Source: Gnetum montanum
Lineage: Eukaryota > Plantae > Gnetophyta
Direction of reading: 5' to 3'
Length of the DNA stretch: 64,000 bases
NCBI GenBank assembly: GCA_015680685.1
Contig: MNCI01000270.1
Coordinates: 567,854-631,853, forward strand
Under the pieces are notes generated by a model. The model searched no databases and was not told the origin of the DNA. It worked only from the letters and a program-made list of their open reading frames with translations. The translations under genes were made by a program, and so were the position numbers. How positions within the stretch are numbered: position 1 is the stretch's first letter; the number at the start of each line of letters is the position of its first letter. Shown piece by piece: positions 51,757-64,000 of the stretch.

Positions 51757-51840
51757 GTGGGAATACAGCAAACTACGACCTAAGGCTAACTGTCTAGATG
51801 CCACAACTAGTCCGTCTGCAGAGTTCAACCAGATCGCGCA

Positions 51841-54800
51841 TGTAACAAACTTTCTGGATGTGAAAATATGACAAATTTCTTAATTTTGCTAAAAAAAATT
51901 CTAAACCCATCCTAACACCATTGATAATTCCCAAAAACCTAGGATTTTTGTTGAAAAAATTTTCAAAAGTATCAACGTTGCCCATCTCCATGGGGGTAAA
52001 TCTATTAAAACCAAGAATTTCAACATACATCGATCTATGAAAAAGTTTACCAAAACTTAATCAGATATCCAAATTTCATGATTCCATAGCTATTGGAATT
52101 TTTAAAAATTAATCTAAAAACAAAAAAATTCCTAACCTTTCTTGAAGAAAAAAAAATGCAAAAGTAACATTAAAAAAATAGCCAAAATCACAAACCCACT
52201 ATGTACTGGCTAATTGAAAAATTCATAGAAAATCAACTATAAGTCAAAATTTAGGGGTTTAAAAACTAGTTTGACCAAAAAAACATAGTACTACAACCAT
52301 ATGGTGATAAAAATATAAAAATCCTATCATTTGGATACAAAAAAAAAATACAAAAGTGGTGTTACTTTTTGGCTCCAAACTACAAAAAAATGCATAGGAA
52401 AGACTAAAACAAATTTTTAATTCACTATACACCAATCCCACAACTAGATCAACAATGAAAACCCATGAACATGGACTATATATAATGTAGGAATTTTATA
52501 AAATTTAATTTTAACAAATACCTAAACCTACATAAGCAAAAATTCCCAAGTTTTTAGCAAAATTTCTTACGAAATGGTTAGGGATTATGTACCTGGGAGT
52601 GATGGTAGAAGAACCCTTACCAATAAAGGGCTATGGTAGGTTGGAGAGGCCTTTACTAGTAACATTAGCATTCTAAAAGGTTGGATTTTTGCTAGTTGTA
52701 AGCCTCCTCTTTGACATCTTAAAGAAGGAGCATTGAAATTGACAAAACCTTCACACTTATGGAGACTCCTGTAGTAATTGCACGTGTTCCTTGGGGTAGA
52801 AATGTTGGACTATGTTGGGAATAGGTGTGGTGGAGGTAAGAAATGGATCAGAGCTCTGATGCTAGGCACTATAGGTTAAGAGTGTTGAGAGAATTATGAT
52901 TTGTGTAAACTCGTAATTTGGAAATCACTCTTAAACTTATGGACCTACCTTCAAAACTTTGGTTTCTCCAAAATACTCACACAAGTTCCACTAAACTTAA
53001 TGATCATAATTAGAAAGTGGAACTACACTAGGTAAGTGGGAAATTGATTCATGAAAAAAATCAAATTTAAGATGGGTCCCACTAGGTGCCTATGCAACAA
53101 GCTAATGAAAAATCATACTACACTTGGATTTGAGCCTTCTCATAGTAACTATGTTGGGGTTTAAGAATCCAAAATCCTTGAAATAGATTTTGAACTCCAA
53201 ATACTACCAAAACCCACCTCAAAACCATCCATACATGCCATAAAACCTTATGCCCAAAGTGGGAAACTAGGTGTTAAACATTGATAGAAACAAGATCTCA
53301 AGGAAGGCCAAAACTCATACTAAGACTTGTCATCTAGAGTAACTACATTGGCCAATAGGCTAACTACCCTAGACAAAATAGTCATAAATGGGATAATGTC
53401 TTGTACCATCAAACAAACTCTTGATCCAGTCAAAAATTATCAAACCATGCACCAAACCCTAACCAAAACCTTTGATAACTGGTCAAAACTAGTCAAAAAG
53501 CATTAAAAATAATTTTCCTTACATGGACTATGCTAGGGGAGATCTCAACTAGACTGGCCAACATAGTCCCAATGTAGTTAAGTAAGGAATAAACACCAAA
53601 AACCAGAAATAACCTCCAAACTAACATATCATAAGCTAAGCACTCCTTTAGAACCACTAATGATCTTACATTGGCAAATTGTAAGAAAAAAGTAAGCCAA
53701 ATCCTATTTCCACCTTGGGACTACATTGAGGAAGCTTAGAACTACGTTGGCCAACATAGTCTCACTTCCAAAACACCAAAATGGATTACCAACATGTTGA
53801 ATCAACTTCTCAGTGTATCATCTCAACCTCAAAACCCTAGTGGTACATTCAAATGCCACTAAACCATGGAAATTAAGCTAAAATTTTTTAAAAAAATTAT
53901 CACATTCCCCCATATATGTTGGGAATATGCTAGCCAACATAGTCCCAATGAGGAATGACCATGCTAAGATACAAAAAATATCCAAAATCAACTATCCTAG
54001 GCCAAAACCTTTGCCAAGAACATTAGTAACCCTAGGAATGCACAAGCTTGGTCGATTGATCATGAAAATACAATTAGAGCTAAGATTTTCATGTGATTAT
54101 GCTAGAGCAAGCTAGGACTATGCTAGCTAGCTAGTGTAGTCCCAACATAGTCCTTGCTCCAGAGTAGTTATGCCAATACTAAAATCATCAAAAACTAATC
54201 ATCTTGAGCCAAAACCCAAACTGGAAACACCAATAACTAAAGGAGCTAAAAACTTAGTCGATCAAGCATAAAACTCCACCAAAAGTTAAGATTCACATGG
54301 TGCTACGTTGAGGCAACCCTAGACTACCTTGGCCAACATAGTCCTAGCATATTCAGGACCCTAGGATGGTTTGACTGATACTACACAACTCAAAATGACA
54401 TAAAATTTGAATTAGAAAGTCCAAAAAGCCTTGAAACCTTGAAGATAGTCATAATTTAATCTTGATCATGAAAAGCTCAAAACTTATCCTAACTATGTTG
54501 AGATAGGCTTGGACTACATTGGCCATCATAGTTCCAGTGTAGTGATGGTGTTGGGCAAGTTTGACTAGTGCCACAACACTCTGAATGATTCAAAAATTGG
54601 CTTGAAATCCTAGAACCATGAAAATACTAGATTTAGTTGATCTACATTGAGATCATACTAGACTACATTGGCTAGTTTAGTCTAGTGGGAAATGGTGTCA
54701 AACATCACTTTTAGTAGCATATTTTACCTTTCAAATGTTCAATTTAGCCCTTCCAAAACCTTGTGTTGCCCTAGGAAGTTGAAAATGCACCAGTTTCAAT

Positions 54801-55700
54801 CCTAAAATCCCATAAATTCAATTTCCACATGCATCTATGTTGGCCAACATAGTCACCAATTTTGGCATCATTTCCAACTTCTAGAGGGTGAAAACGAAGT
54901 CAAAATGCATTAATCTTCAACCCTAGTTTGTTGCACAAGTCATACATACCATTAAGAACTCAAAAATGGCCATAAAAAACCTAGAAAACCATCTACTATT
55001 ACCAACTATGTGGGGGCCTGGGCTGACTACACTTGCCAACATAGTCCCCAGGAGAGCCCAATGTAGTCACAATAAAAGGTCTCAATTTTGACTTCAAACA
55101 ACCTGCAAATGACCTCATCAAGTGTCTAAACTCACTTGTCAATCTTTTAGACCAAAACCATGTCCCATAAATGACTAAAAATTAGCAAAATATAATCCTA
55201 TTTGACCAACATTGAGCATCTTTTATCATATTTTTCACACCTTGACTAATTTGGCCTTGTTCCATTGTACTTCAACTTGTTTTAACCTTGTTGGCCATAT
55301 TCAATCACCACTTCATCATCAATTAGCCTTATTTGGATTCTACTTGGCTTTAGTTTCACTATTTCTACTTATTATTTCTTTTGTAACCTTAATTAACCTT
55401 CTGTGACCTTTGATTGGTGTTACTTGATGGGGTTTGATCATCATTTGATGTCATTCAACCATGATATGGCCTCCTAAGACCTAAAACTAGTAAAGTATAA
55501 GCATAGTTGACCATGTTTGACCTTATATTGCACCTAGTAACCTTTGTTGATCATGTTGTGACTTGTTTGGCATCTATTTAACTTTTTTGATCCAATTTTG
55601 CTTTATTATCACAGTATTTTGCTTTATTTTGACATTATTTAATCATTTTATCACACAATTTCACTTGATGTGCTTATGTTGTGATGCAAGAATGAGCTAG
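51841..55700. mobile_element. Old long LTR-like sequence (possibly Tekay/Del type) with dispersed GACTACGTTGGCCAACGTAGTC-derived palindromes
   Basis: Abrupt compositional change beginning TGTAAC at 51841; at least 10 decayed motif copies; right end not defined. Confidence 0.45.
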
Positions 55701-57069
55701 GAGAATAAGAAAGCAAATTTGACTAGCCTTAAAGCCTACATGAACCCCTCTCATGATGTTGTTAGACCAATTTAACCTAAAATATCCAAGCAGTAAGCCT
55801 CAAGACCATTCTATCATACAACATTGACATGCTAAGGTAGCCTAATGACCATTAACCTTGAAGCTAAAAGCATCACAGAGGATCGCTTAGTCAAAGCTCC
55901 CATCTAAGACCATGATGGTGAGGAGAAAACACATGAAACCAAGTTCCTCACTAGAACTTAACCCTACTCAAGACAACATCAAACCATTTTAATGCAACAT
56001 TAAATCCATTACATAGCCTTGATTACATCTAACACTTAAATGTTTTCTTGTACTATTGTTTATCATTATTGATAGGTTGTAACGAATGACCAATGTTGAT
56101 GACTCCAATGGACTACAACAAGTGAACTTGCATGCCCTCTCTATCTCTTCTTGTTTGACACAAAGAATGAAATGCAAATCTTTGTGAATTCGATGCACAT
56201 CGCATGGATCTCTCTCTATGTTATAACAATAGTAACCTATGGTAACCTAGTCTACTAGTTGTATTGTGTGGCCTTATGAATTATCTTGTAACAACATGTT
56301 TTCTTTATCTTGTTTTCTTGTTCTCATAGAGTTATACTTGTGGGATGAAGCCTGACATCATGCAAAGGATCAACTCATTACTATAAAAGGTTACCACGTG
56401 ACGTTGATGCATAAGATTTGGTTAGTTTGTCTTGCCATACAAAGAGTGCTTGTTTCATAATCCCTATCATTGCTCTTCTTAGAACCCAATTCCATAGCCT
56501 AATTATGACCTTCCTCATCCTAATGATAATGGTAACTCATGTTTGACACTCATGCGTTATGGCCATTTGACATCTCATTCATCATGCTCCACCATTAAGT
56601 TCATTGAATGTAACACATCTCATTCAATATGAAAAACAAATCAAACCATGCCTTAGTGATAACCATATGAAGGTTTCATCCCCTAAAAAGTGGAAAAGTA
56701 AATTGCCAAGATGTTAAATAACCAATGAGGAACAAAAGATAAACTAATGGCAACAAACATGCAAAGGGAGAAGCCTAACATCCAAAGAAACCTTGGAGTA
56801 AGGCATTGGTTCCTCAAAAATATTACTGAGTGGCCAACACTTCAAAGCATAAAGCACAACGCCTCAATTCATTGTTCAAAATGTCAATTCCATACTATAG
56901 CCATGGTGTCAACTTGTAGAACTCATTATTAATCCCCAAGACCATGCCTTTGTGAAAAAAATATAACCTGCAAATTTTACCACCTCATCATAACCTTATT
57001 CCATTATCACAAGCACTCTTTGGCATGGTTGAACACTATAAGATCAAGTGTGAAGAGGAAATGTTGATG

Positions 57070-58300
57070 ATGGGCTTGTAGTACTATTTTGTATTCTTTG
57101 TCAATGTCTCTTATGTCAATCCTCCAAACATCAACAAAGAGGGACCAATGAAACACCACCTAAAAAATGCATGTTGTAACCTACAATCTTCACCATCCAA
57201 TTTGAGGTAATATTTTATTATCAATGCGAGATTTTTAGCCCATGAGCTACAATCTTGCATACCATAACTTTTTGGGATTGAAAAATGCCTCATAAGTTGC
57301 TACTACCTTACTTCCCAGGTGAAAAACGTAATGTCATGTTTATATTTGGGCTTGAGAAGGTTGAAAATGCCAGATTTGGCATTTTAATGATTTTTTGTGG
57401 GTGTATAAACTCAACTACAATGGAACACCTACACCTAGTTTTGGTGATGTTGGATTTTCATTTTCTAGAAATTCCTAGCGTAGTTAGCAAAAAATCCAAT
57501 GTGGATGTTTCAAGGCCAACATTGGAGTTGTTGGGTTTTACATTTTCCCAGCAATGACCAGCATAATCACAACAAATTTTCAGCAATCTTCACAAGGCCA
57601 ACATAGTTAAGGTGAACCTAGCATAGTCAAAAAAGTTTGTTTACTATTTTTAGTATGCAAATGTGTTTTGATGGCTTTGGTGTATCAAAACTTGTCATAA
57701 ATGATCAACTACATTGGGATAATAGCTTGCTACACTTGCAATCAACATCAATCTATCAACAATCATGGCAAAGGTATATAGCCCAAAATCAACAACCTAA
57801 GACCTATAAAAGCCAAACATAAATGCATTGAGGTTCTGAAATTTTGAACTATCTCAAATGAACATTTGTGTAACCCATAGCATTTTCTTATAACCTTAAG
57901 AAATTTTGAGAGTAGTTTGGTATCTATGTTTGGCACCAGAGATTCCCAACATGATATAATTACATCAAGAGTGGACCACCACCTGTAACCAAAGTTGTAG
58001 ATTTGAATAGAAACTAGTAAGAAGTTCTTAATGATTGGGGTTGGAAAGTACTTGGATCATGGAGTTTGATTGCAAAACACAACCTACTAGCTCCAACAGG
58101 CTTCAAGCTCCATCCAAACAAGCTTCTTATGCATTTAAGCACATAATTTATACTTTTTAAAAATCTAAACTTTGAAAATTTTTGCTATTTTAATAAATTT
58201 TTCCAATTCATTCATAGTGCAAATTTATTTCAAGTTTAATTTTTATGTTTATTTTCATTCGAATTTGTAGTTATATTCTCATTTCCATTTTCATTTACAT
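57070..58300 (+). mobile_element. Element G: 3' UTR end, PPT and start (57149) of the LTR of an old related Tat element
   Basis: TATTCTTTGTCAA...CTCCAAACATCAACAAAGAGGGACCAA|TGAAACACC is homologous to E 35045-34983 (reverse complement); TATAAAA at ~57805; end undefined. Confidence 0.65.
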
Positions 58301-58439
58301 TTTCTAAGTCCTTGGGTGATCAACTAGACCATCTAGGGCACCTTGGATCCTATTTCTCAAAGGCCCTTCAGATCCAAGGTTAGGTTGTTCCACTTGGGAT
58401 TCTTGATTCTTCCAATGATCAAATTTTCTAGGTGCTACA

Positions 58440-59130
58440 AGGGGTTACTTTGTCATATATATGGCATCCTTTTCAACCATATAGTGTGTAACTATACAAG
58501 AGGTTACTTCTGTGGCATAGCATCATCCTTATAATAGGTGTATGGACAATGTTCTCTTTTCTTCCCTTGATTTTTTGTTCTTTTCTTTCACACACTATCA
58601 CTCCTACTTTTCTTGTACTATATTTCTCTATTTTTTCTTTCATCCCCTTTTCTTTTCTATTTCTATTCCTTTCTATATTCAGCATTAGTGAGGCCTAACA
58701 AGTGTCTCTTCCCAAATGCAATGAGAAAGTATTAAGTGTAGAGTGACATAAGATGTTTGAAGCATGCATATAAGTGAGGTAAGGTAGAGGTTGGCTCTAG
58801 GGATCTAGTTGTGTTCCATTTCTATGGCATAGCACCCCATCATTGGTGTATTGGTAATGTTTCTAATATGCATTTACTACTCTTTATTTATCTCCATTTT
58901 TACGTTCCACTATCTTCCTTTCTTTCTCTTTTTATGCTCAAAATTGGTGAGACCTAATGAATGTCTCTACTTTATTCCAATAAGGGTGTGATTAAGAGAA
59001 TGAAGTGGGTTAAGGAGTCCTTTCTTTATATTGCTATGTGTACTTTCTAAAAATCTAGCTACATCCAATTTCTATAACATAGAACTCCACTATAGGTGTA
59101 ACAACGATAACCCAAACTTCTTCCCCTATT
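58440..59130 (+). repeat. Degenerate ~260-310-bp tandem repeat (2-3 units)
   Basis: TTCT(G/A)T(GG/AA)CATAG...GGTGTA at ~58508, 58820 and 59070; ATT(A/G)GTGAG(G/A)CCTAA..TGTCTCT at ~58684 and 58943. Confidence 0.6.
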
Positions 59131-59429
59131 CTGCTACTTTATTAAATCCTATTGTAGGTACTTATTAGCTCATGTCTTTTCTTGATAGATTCCTCTTTAG
59201 TTTTTTAGTAGTATCCATCAAGAGGGGACACTTTTTGTACCCACTTAGGCCTTTTTTAGCTTAATTCAGAGACTTGGATACATTTTATGGATTTTCAGCA
59301 CTTGAGATAATCTTCAGAAATCTACATTTAGTGTTTCATATCATTTGTAGTGTCATTTCTAGTCTTATATCTTTAGCTTGCTAGAAATGATGGCTTGTCT
59401 CATAAGTCACATTGTTTTGGTTCCACTTC

Positions 59430-59790
59430 TAGCTTCAATGTTTAGCATTAACTTCAATGTCAATTCATTTGTAAATTTTGATGTTTAACATCAAACCATC
59501 TTTTAACATTCTACGTTAGACTTTTTATGTTCAACGTAAGCTTTCATGAACAACTTTTTAATGTTTGAAATCAAACTTACTTTTAACATCCTGTGTCATA
59601 CTTTTGATGTCTAATATCAATTTCATCTTTAACATCTGATGTCAAATCTCATCTTTATCTTTTGATGTCTTGCATCAAATTTTTTAACATCTTGCATTAA
59701 ACTTACTTTTGACGTTTAATATCAACTTTTTTCTCTAGCTTTTGACATCCTATATCATGTTTTCAATGTCTAGCGTCAAACTTTTAACTC
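59430..59790. repeat. Degenerate TTTTGATGT / ACATCAAA minisatellite
   Basis: More than 10 decayed copies of TTTT(G/A)A(C/T)(G/A)TC and (G/A)TCAAA. Confidence 0.6.
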
Positions 59791-62700
59791 TACATTATTT
59801 TTCCTCTTTAGAATGTTTTGAAAGCTTTTAGAAGATTCTACTGGCCCCATTGCATATTTCTTACATGATATACAAGGCATTTTTGACCTATATGTAGAAG
59901 GAGACTCCTAAAACTAAAGGAATTGACATCTATAATCATCCAACTAGCATTTAAGCTTTTTCAAGTGTTTAGAACTCATCAACACTTTCCTTTTAAGAGA
60001 CCTACTGCTTATTTTAGCTCTCTTTTACTTTTCTTTATCTCTCTCCTTGCTAACATATTATATCCACTGTATGCTATCCTTTTGATATGTGAAGATCTTT
60101 TGAAAATCATATGAACATATTTGATCTTTTCTTCCTTTTACTATCATCAACTTCTAGATTTACTTTTGTTCTTATTTTATTTGCACCAACACACTCATCA
60201 GAGCAAGAATGGGGTAACATAACTCCTTTTCAAAAACCTTTGATCTCTAGTACATGTATTGGAATTTACTTTTGCAAGTTCCTTTGTCTTTTCCTATAAA
60301 TTTGAATATTCTATTTTGGAATCTCTTGTCTCTAGTTTTTCCAAGATTTGCTTTGGATTTTTTCTATTCATGTTTTTCTTCTTGGTTTCCATGTATTTAT
60401 CTATATATCTATTTTTTTTCATGCATTTTTCAAATAGTTTTCACTACCAATCACACTTCTATATTATGCTACATTTTCCCCTTTATTTAAATGCTTTCTA
60501 ATGGGTATTTTTACATGCCTAATCCCTTTCTACTTGATTCCCAGTAACGTTGGCAACACATCTAAATCAGATTACTACATTTATACTTCAATCCTCAAAT
60601 CCCCTTTTTATTTGAAGGAGAATATCCAAAAGGCTAGTTTTTTTGGACCATTTGGTAGGCACAAACTATCTAGCTTAGTCTCATGTTAGCTTGTGTTGGT
60701 TTTTGTTTGTTACAATAATTCCTATCACAACACAAACCAAAACTAAAATAAGTTAAATTATATTTAAGATATAAAATACAAGCAAAGAATAATTTCACTA
60801 TTTTACTCATATTTATATAATCTTAGTTTCTTTAGAATTCTCTTCTTCTTCTTCTCTCTTCCAAATCTTGATGGATTTCACAATTTCTACGATATTGGAA
60901 AGTTAGTGTTGGGTAGACTATAGTTCCTGAGTCTCAGTCTATGTTTTGGTGAACTTAGGGCATCATTTGGTTTTTGTTAGTATCTTAATATTACTAGTTA
61001 TTTCAAATTCTAGTGAGTAGTCTTCATTGTTTCTTTGTTTTTAGAATTTTAATCCTTGTACATATTTATGGAACTAGTTTGGTGGGATGGTAGGATTCAA
61101 TTTAAGCTTCTTAATGGTATTTGATACTTATTTACATAGTCATGTTGCTTGTGGTATTGAAGTAGGATATAAATATGAGTAAAATCAATTCTACGTTGTT
61201 TGAATGGATTCATGTGATTCTAAAGGCAGATTAGCTCATCCTAAGGATAGTAGTGATTTATTGCTAGTTTCTAGATCATTGATGACTTGTGGTTATGTTG
61301 TAAGCCATTATGTGCATTATCATGAATTTCTATTTGTGAATGTTATTCTTGTTTTATATGAAGGATGAATGTGAGATAGGTCAGAGCCTGGTGATATTGA
61401 GATTGTGACAAGGGGTTTCAATAACATGAGTCATAGCATTTTAATGATGCTAGGGCTTGTGAATTCTTGATTTTGGATTATGATGCAACACCCCCATAGT
61501 AGAATTATGCTAGACATAAACAAACTGATGTGAGTTATGGCTCAGCCACTTTGATGTCATGATAAGAGTTTGAGATGATTTTTGTTAAGGCATGATCATG
61601 GCGGGACTGCTCCATGATCACAAAAAGATAGGAAAGGGATATAGGTAATGCATAGGACATAGTGGTTTCTATTACTTATTTTTTGCTATTTATTTGAGCA
61701 TAGGACAAGACATAGTAGTCCCACATCTAGCTTGTAGTAATCCAAAATCTAGGTGTGAGTTACATTGAGGTCACACTCTATTTAAAAACATAGAGCATGT
61801 ATGAGGCATGAGCTACACTCAAGTCATGATAGATTGAATATAAGAAATTAATTTTCATGTGAGGAAAAATGAATCTTTGATACATAATAAAATCCTTGAG
61901 CTAGGTTGTATCATGTTATAATAAATATTAAGTATCATGGTTCATGATTTATGGTTCTTGGGAGTGCAAGATATGGTAATATGCTTGATTGTCATTATTT
62001 GGTAGAGTTGTGTTACTTGTTTGGTGTGATGTGTATTATAAATCAAGTGTTATGTGTTTGATTGGCTTATAAAGTACATCTATGGTGATGGGTAGGTTAT
62101 GAATTAATTATGAGGAAAATATGCCATCTATGTATGAGCTTAGCTTAGCATGTTATGTTCCACTTACAAGAAGTTCGAGATAGATATGTTTGTTAGTATT
62201 TTCATGAGATCCATGATTTGAATGTTGTATTTTTAGATGGTCTTGAGATGCATGTAGCATAGGTTGCTTATGGTTACCAACTTGAGAATTTATGCAAATT
62301 TAATATATTATGATTTATGAATGCACATAGTACATGTTGCATGTGACCGTATGGTAGATGGAGTCAACATAAAGGTATGAATTGGTTGTTGATGAGGCAC
62401 CTTGAAGGAGTTGGGGTGATCCCTACTAGGATGCATTAGTAAGATTCATCTTAAACATTATTCTAAGAGTGGGAGAGTGTAAATGTGTTATTCCATACCA
62501 TTGGTATGGGATCTAGGGGTGACAATTGAACTTGGGTCTATCCTCCAAAAGATGAGTGACTTGGGGTTATAAATGAGGCTAGAAGTACTAGCATCGATTT
62601 GTAGAAATACCTCTCATTCAATGTTGTAATTTCCTACCTTCCTAATTGTTGGCACATTTAGGCCATTTAATGGAGCAATGAAGGTCATTACTAAGAAAAA

Positions 62701-63092
62701 TTTGAATCAACATGAAGGTTAGAAATTTGCTTTATGGAAAATAAGATTCATAAGCATGCAAATAGAATTATGATGTGCTTTCACATGATTGGGTGCATAA
62801 GAAACTATCACTATCATGATGTTGTCCAAAATATTTAGGGCATGGAAAAAAAAGTTGGCTGGGTGTCCGTTATGGTAGGGCACAAAAAAAAAGTTGCCAT
62901 CCTTGGAGAACATTTCATGGGTGTCCATTATCGCTTACTCCATAATTGATTTAGGACTCAGCATAGAAAAAGCAGGGGTGGCCCAAAAAGATGTATTGGT
63001 GGGGAAAATAAAGAATACTAGGAGCAATCATGTTAAATCAGCTGCTACGCACAATAGTCCAAAAAATTTTAAAAAAGGATACTGTGATTTTA

Positions 63093-63740
63093 AACAGAGG
63101 TGAAATACATACTACAGCACCTTTTGAGTCTCTCAAAGAGGCAGTGATAAGGTTTGAAGGAATAGTTAATTGAAAACATCAGAAAATTTTGAATATGGAG
63201 AAATGTCAATTTGTTGAGGCAGAGCTTCAAAGGATACAAAAGGAACTCCCAGAGCTAAAGAAGAAGCTTGATTCCATAGAGTATGAAAAGGAGAAAGCAC
63301 AATAGGAGCTTGATCAAATGAAAAAATTTGTTGGAGTTGGAAATAGCTTGGGTGGCAGAACAACAGGTAATGGAAGATATGGAATTAGCAATGGTGAGAG
63401 TCAAGGAGATGGAGAAAGGTGCAACTGATGAAGTGAGTGATGCCTGGGAGACTCATTTACAAGATGCAAAGGCTAGACATGTAGCTACTATTGCAGAGTT
63501 GCAATGTGTGAAGGGTGAAGTGGAAACATTGAAACTAGAGTGTCAAAGAATAACAAAAGATAGGGATGTTGTTGTTAAGGCAAATGCTGCATTGCATGCT
63601 TTTGAGAAAACTAATTAGAAGAAGGTTGATACACTGGCGCTAGAAACTTTAGCAACAAAAGATAGTTTGCACACTATTCACATAGCACATCATGAAGCTA
63701 AAGAACAACCACTTACCCTTCTTTCCATTAAAGATAGGAA
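63093..63740 (+). pseudogene. WEB-family (WEB1/PMI2, WEMBL domain) pseudogene fragment
   Basis: NRGEIHTTAPFESLKEAVIRFEGIVN*K matches the family motif IDTAAPFESVKEAVSxFGGxxDWK, followed by EDMELAMVRVKEMEKG...AKARHVATIAELQCVK. Stop at 63171, frameshifts, 3'-truncated. Confidence 0.85.
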
Positions 63741-64000
63741 ATGCGACTAGGAAACTCCAAAGATGAGGTTGACCATGACATCACCCACAACGAAGGACTC
63801 TCCATCATATACCTCATCATTCTCTAGACATACACACCATCAGGCATACCTGCTGCACGTTAACATTGACAGCAACTTTCACATCAATCCTGAAGCACCT
63901 CATTGTCATGGCCAGTGGCATCATTAACCGTGCATTCACAACTACATCAAGGCTTTGGTTGCAGAGAATGACATACATTTTAACTACAATTGTGCTGATC

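Noticed and set aside
62460-62530. PPT plus LTR start (GAGTGGGAGAG|TGTAA) of a chromovirus-like element spanning 60700-62650
   Set aside because: Suggestive, but there is no partner LTR, TSD or coding remnant, so it is too decayed to call.

Overview
This window is land-plant nuclear heterochromatin: a nest of decayed Ty3/gypsy LTR retrotransposons with no intact host gene. The centrepiece is one structurally complete but inactivated Tat-clade element, called E here, on the minus strand at 33295-51756 (18.46 kb). It has a GTGGG target-site duplication, two ~1.69-kb LTRs (consensus ends TGAAAC...GCTACA), a tRNA-Asn PBS, a PPT, and the domain order gag-PR // RT-RH-aRH-INT. Unusually, PR and RT are separated by ~5.6 kb that hold a multi-exon, intron-containing ANTISENSE gene with its own TATA-like promoter. 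The reconstructed product has an FCP1/NIF(HAD)-phosphatase-like N-terminal domain, a plant-transposon (Transposase_32/PMD-like) central domain and a coiled-coil tail. The same gene sits at the same position in two more family members here: D (12147-25884) and the more divergent C (4161-12147). Also present are a young CpG-rich LTR with 339-bp subrepeats (1-1264), further Tat LTRs and fragments, a 2.1-kb tandem duplication, and an Athila-like element whose env-like ORF appears to have its own promoter. The rest comprises old LTR debris, one N-gap overlap artefact and a WEB1-family pseudogene fragment near the end. All domain calls come from motif recognition by eye, not from database searches.
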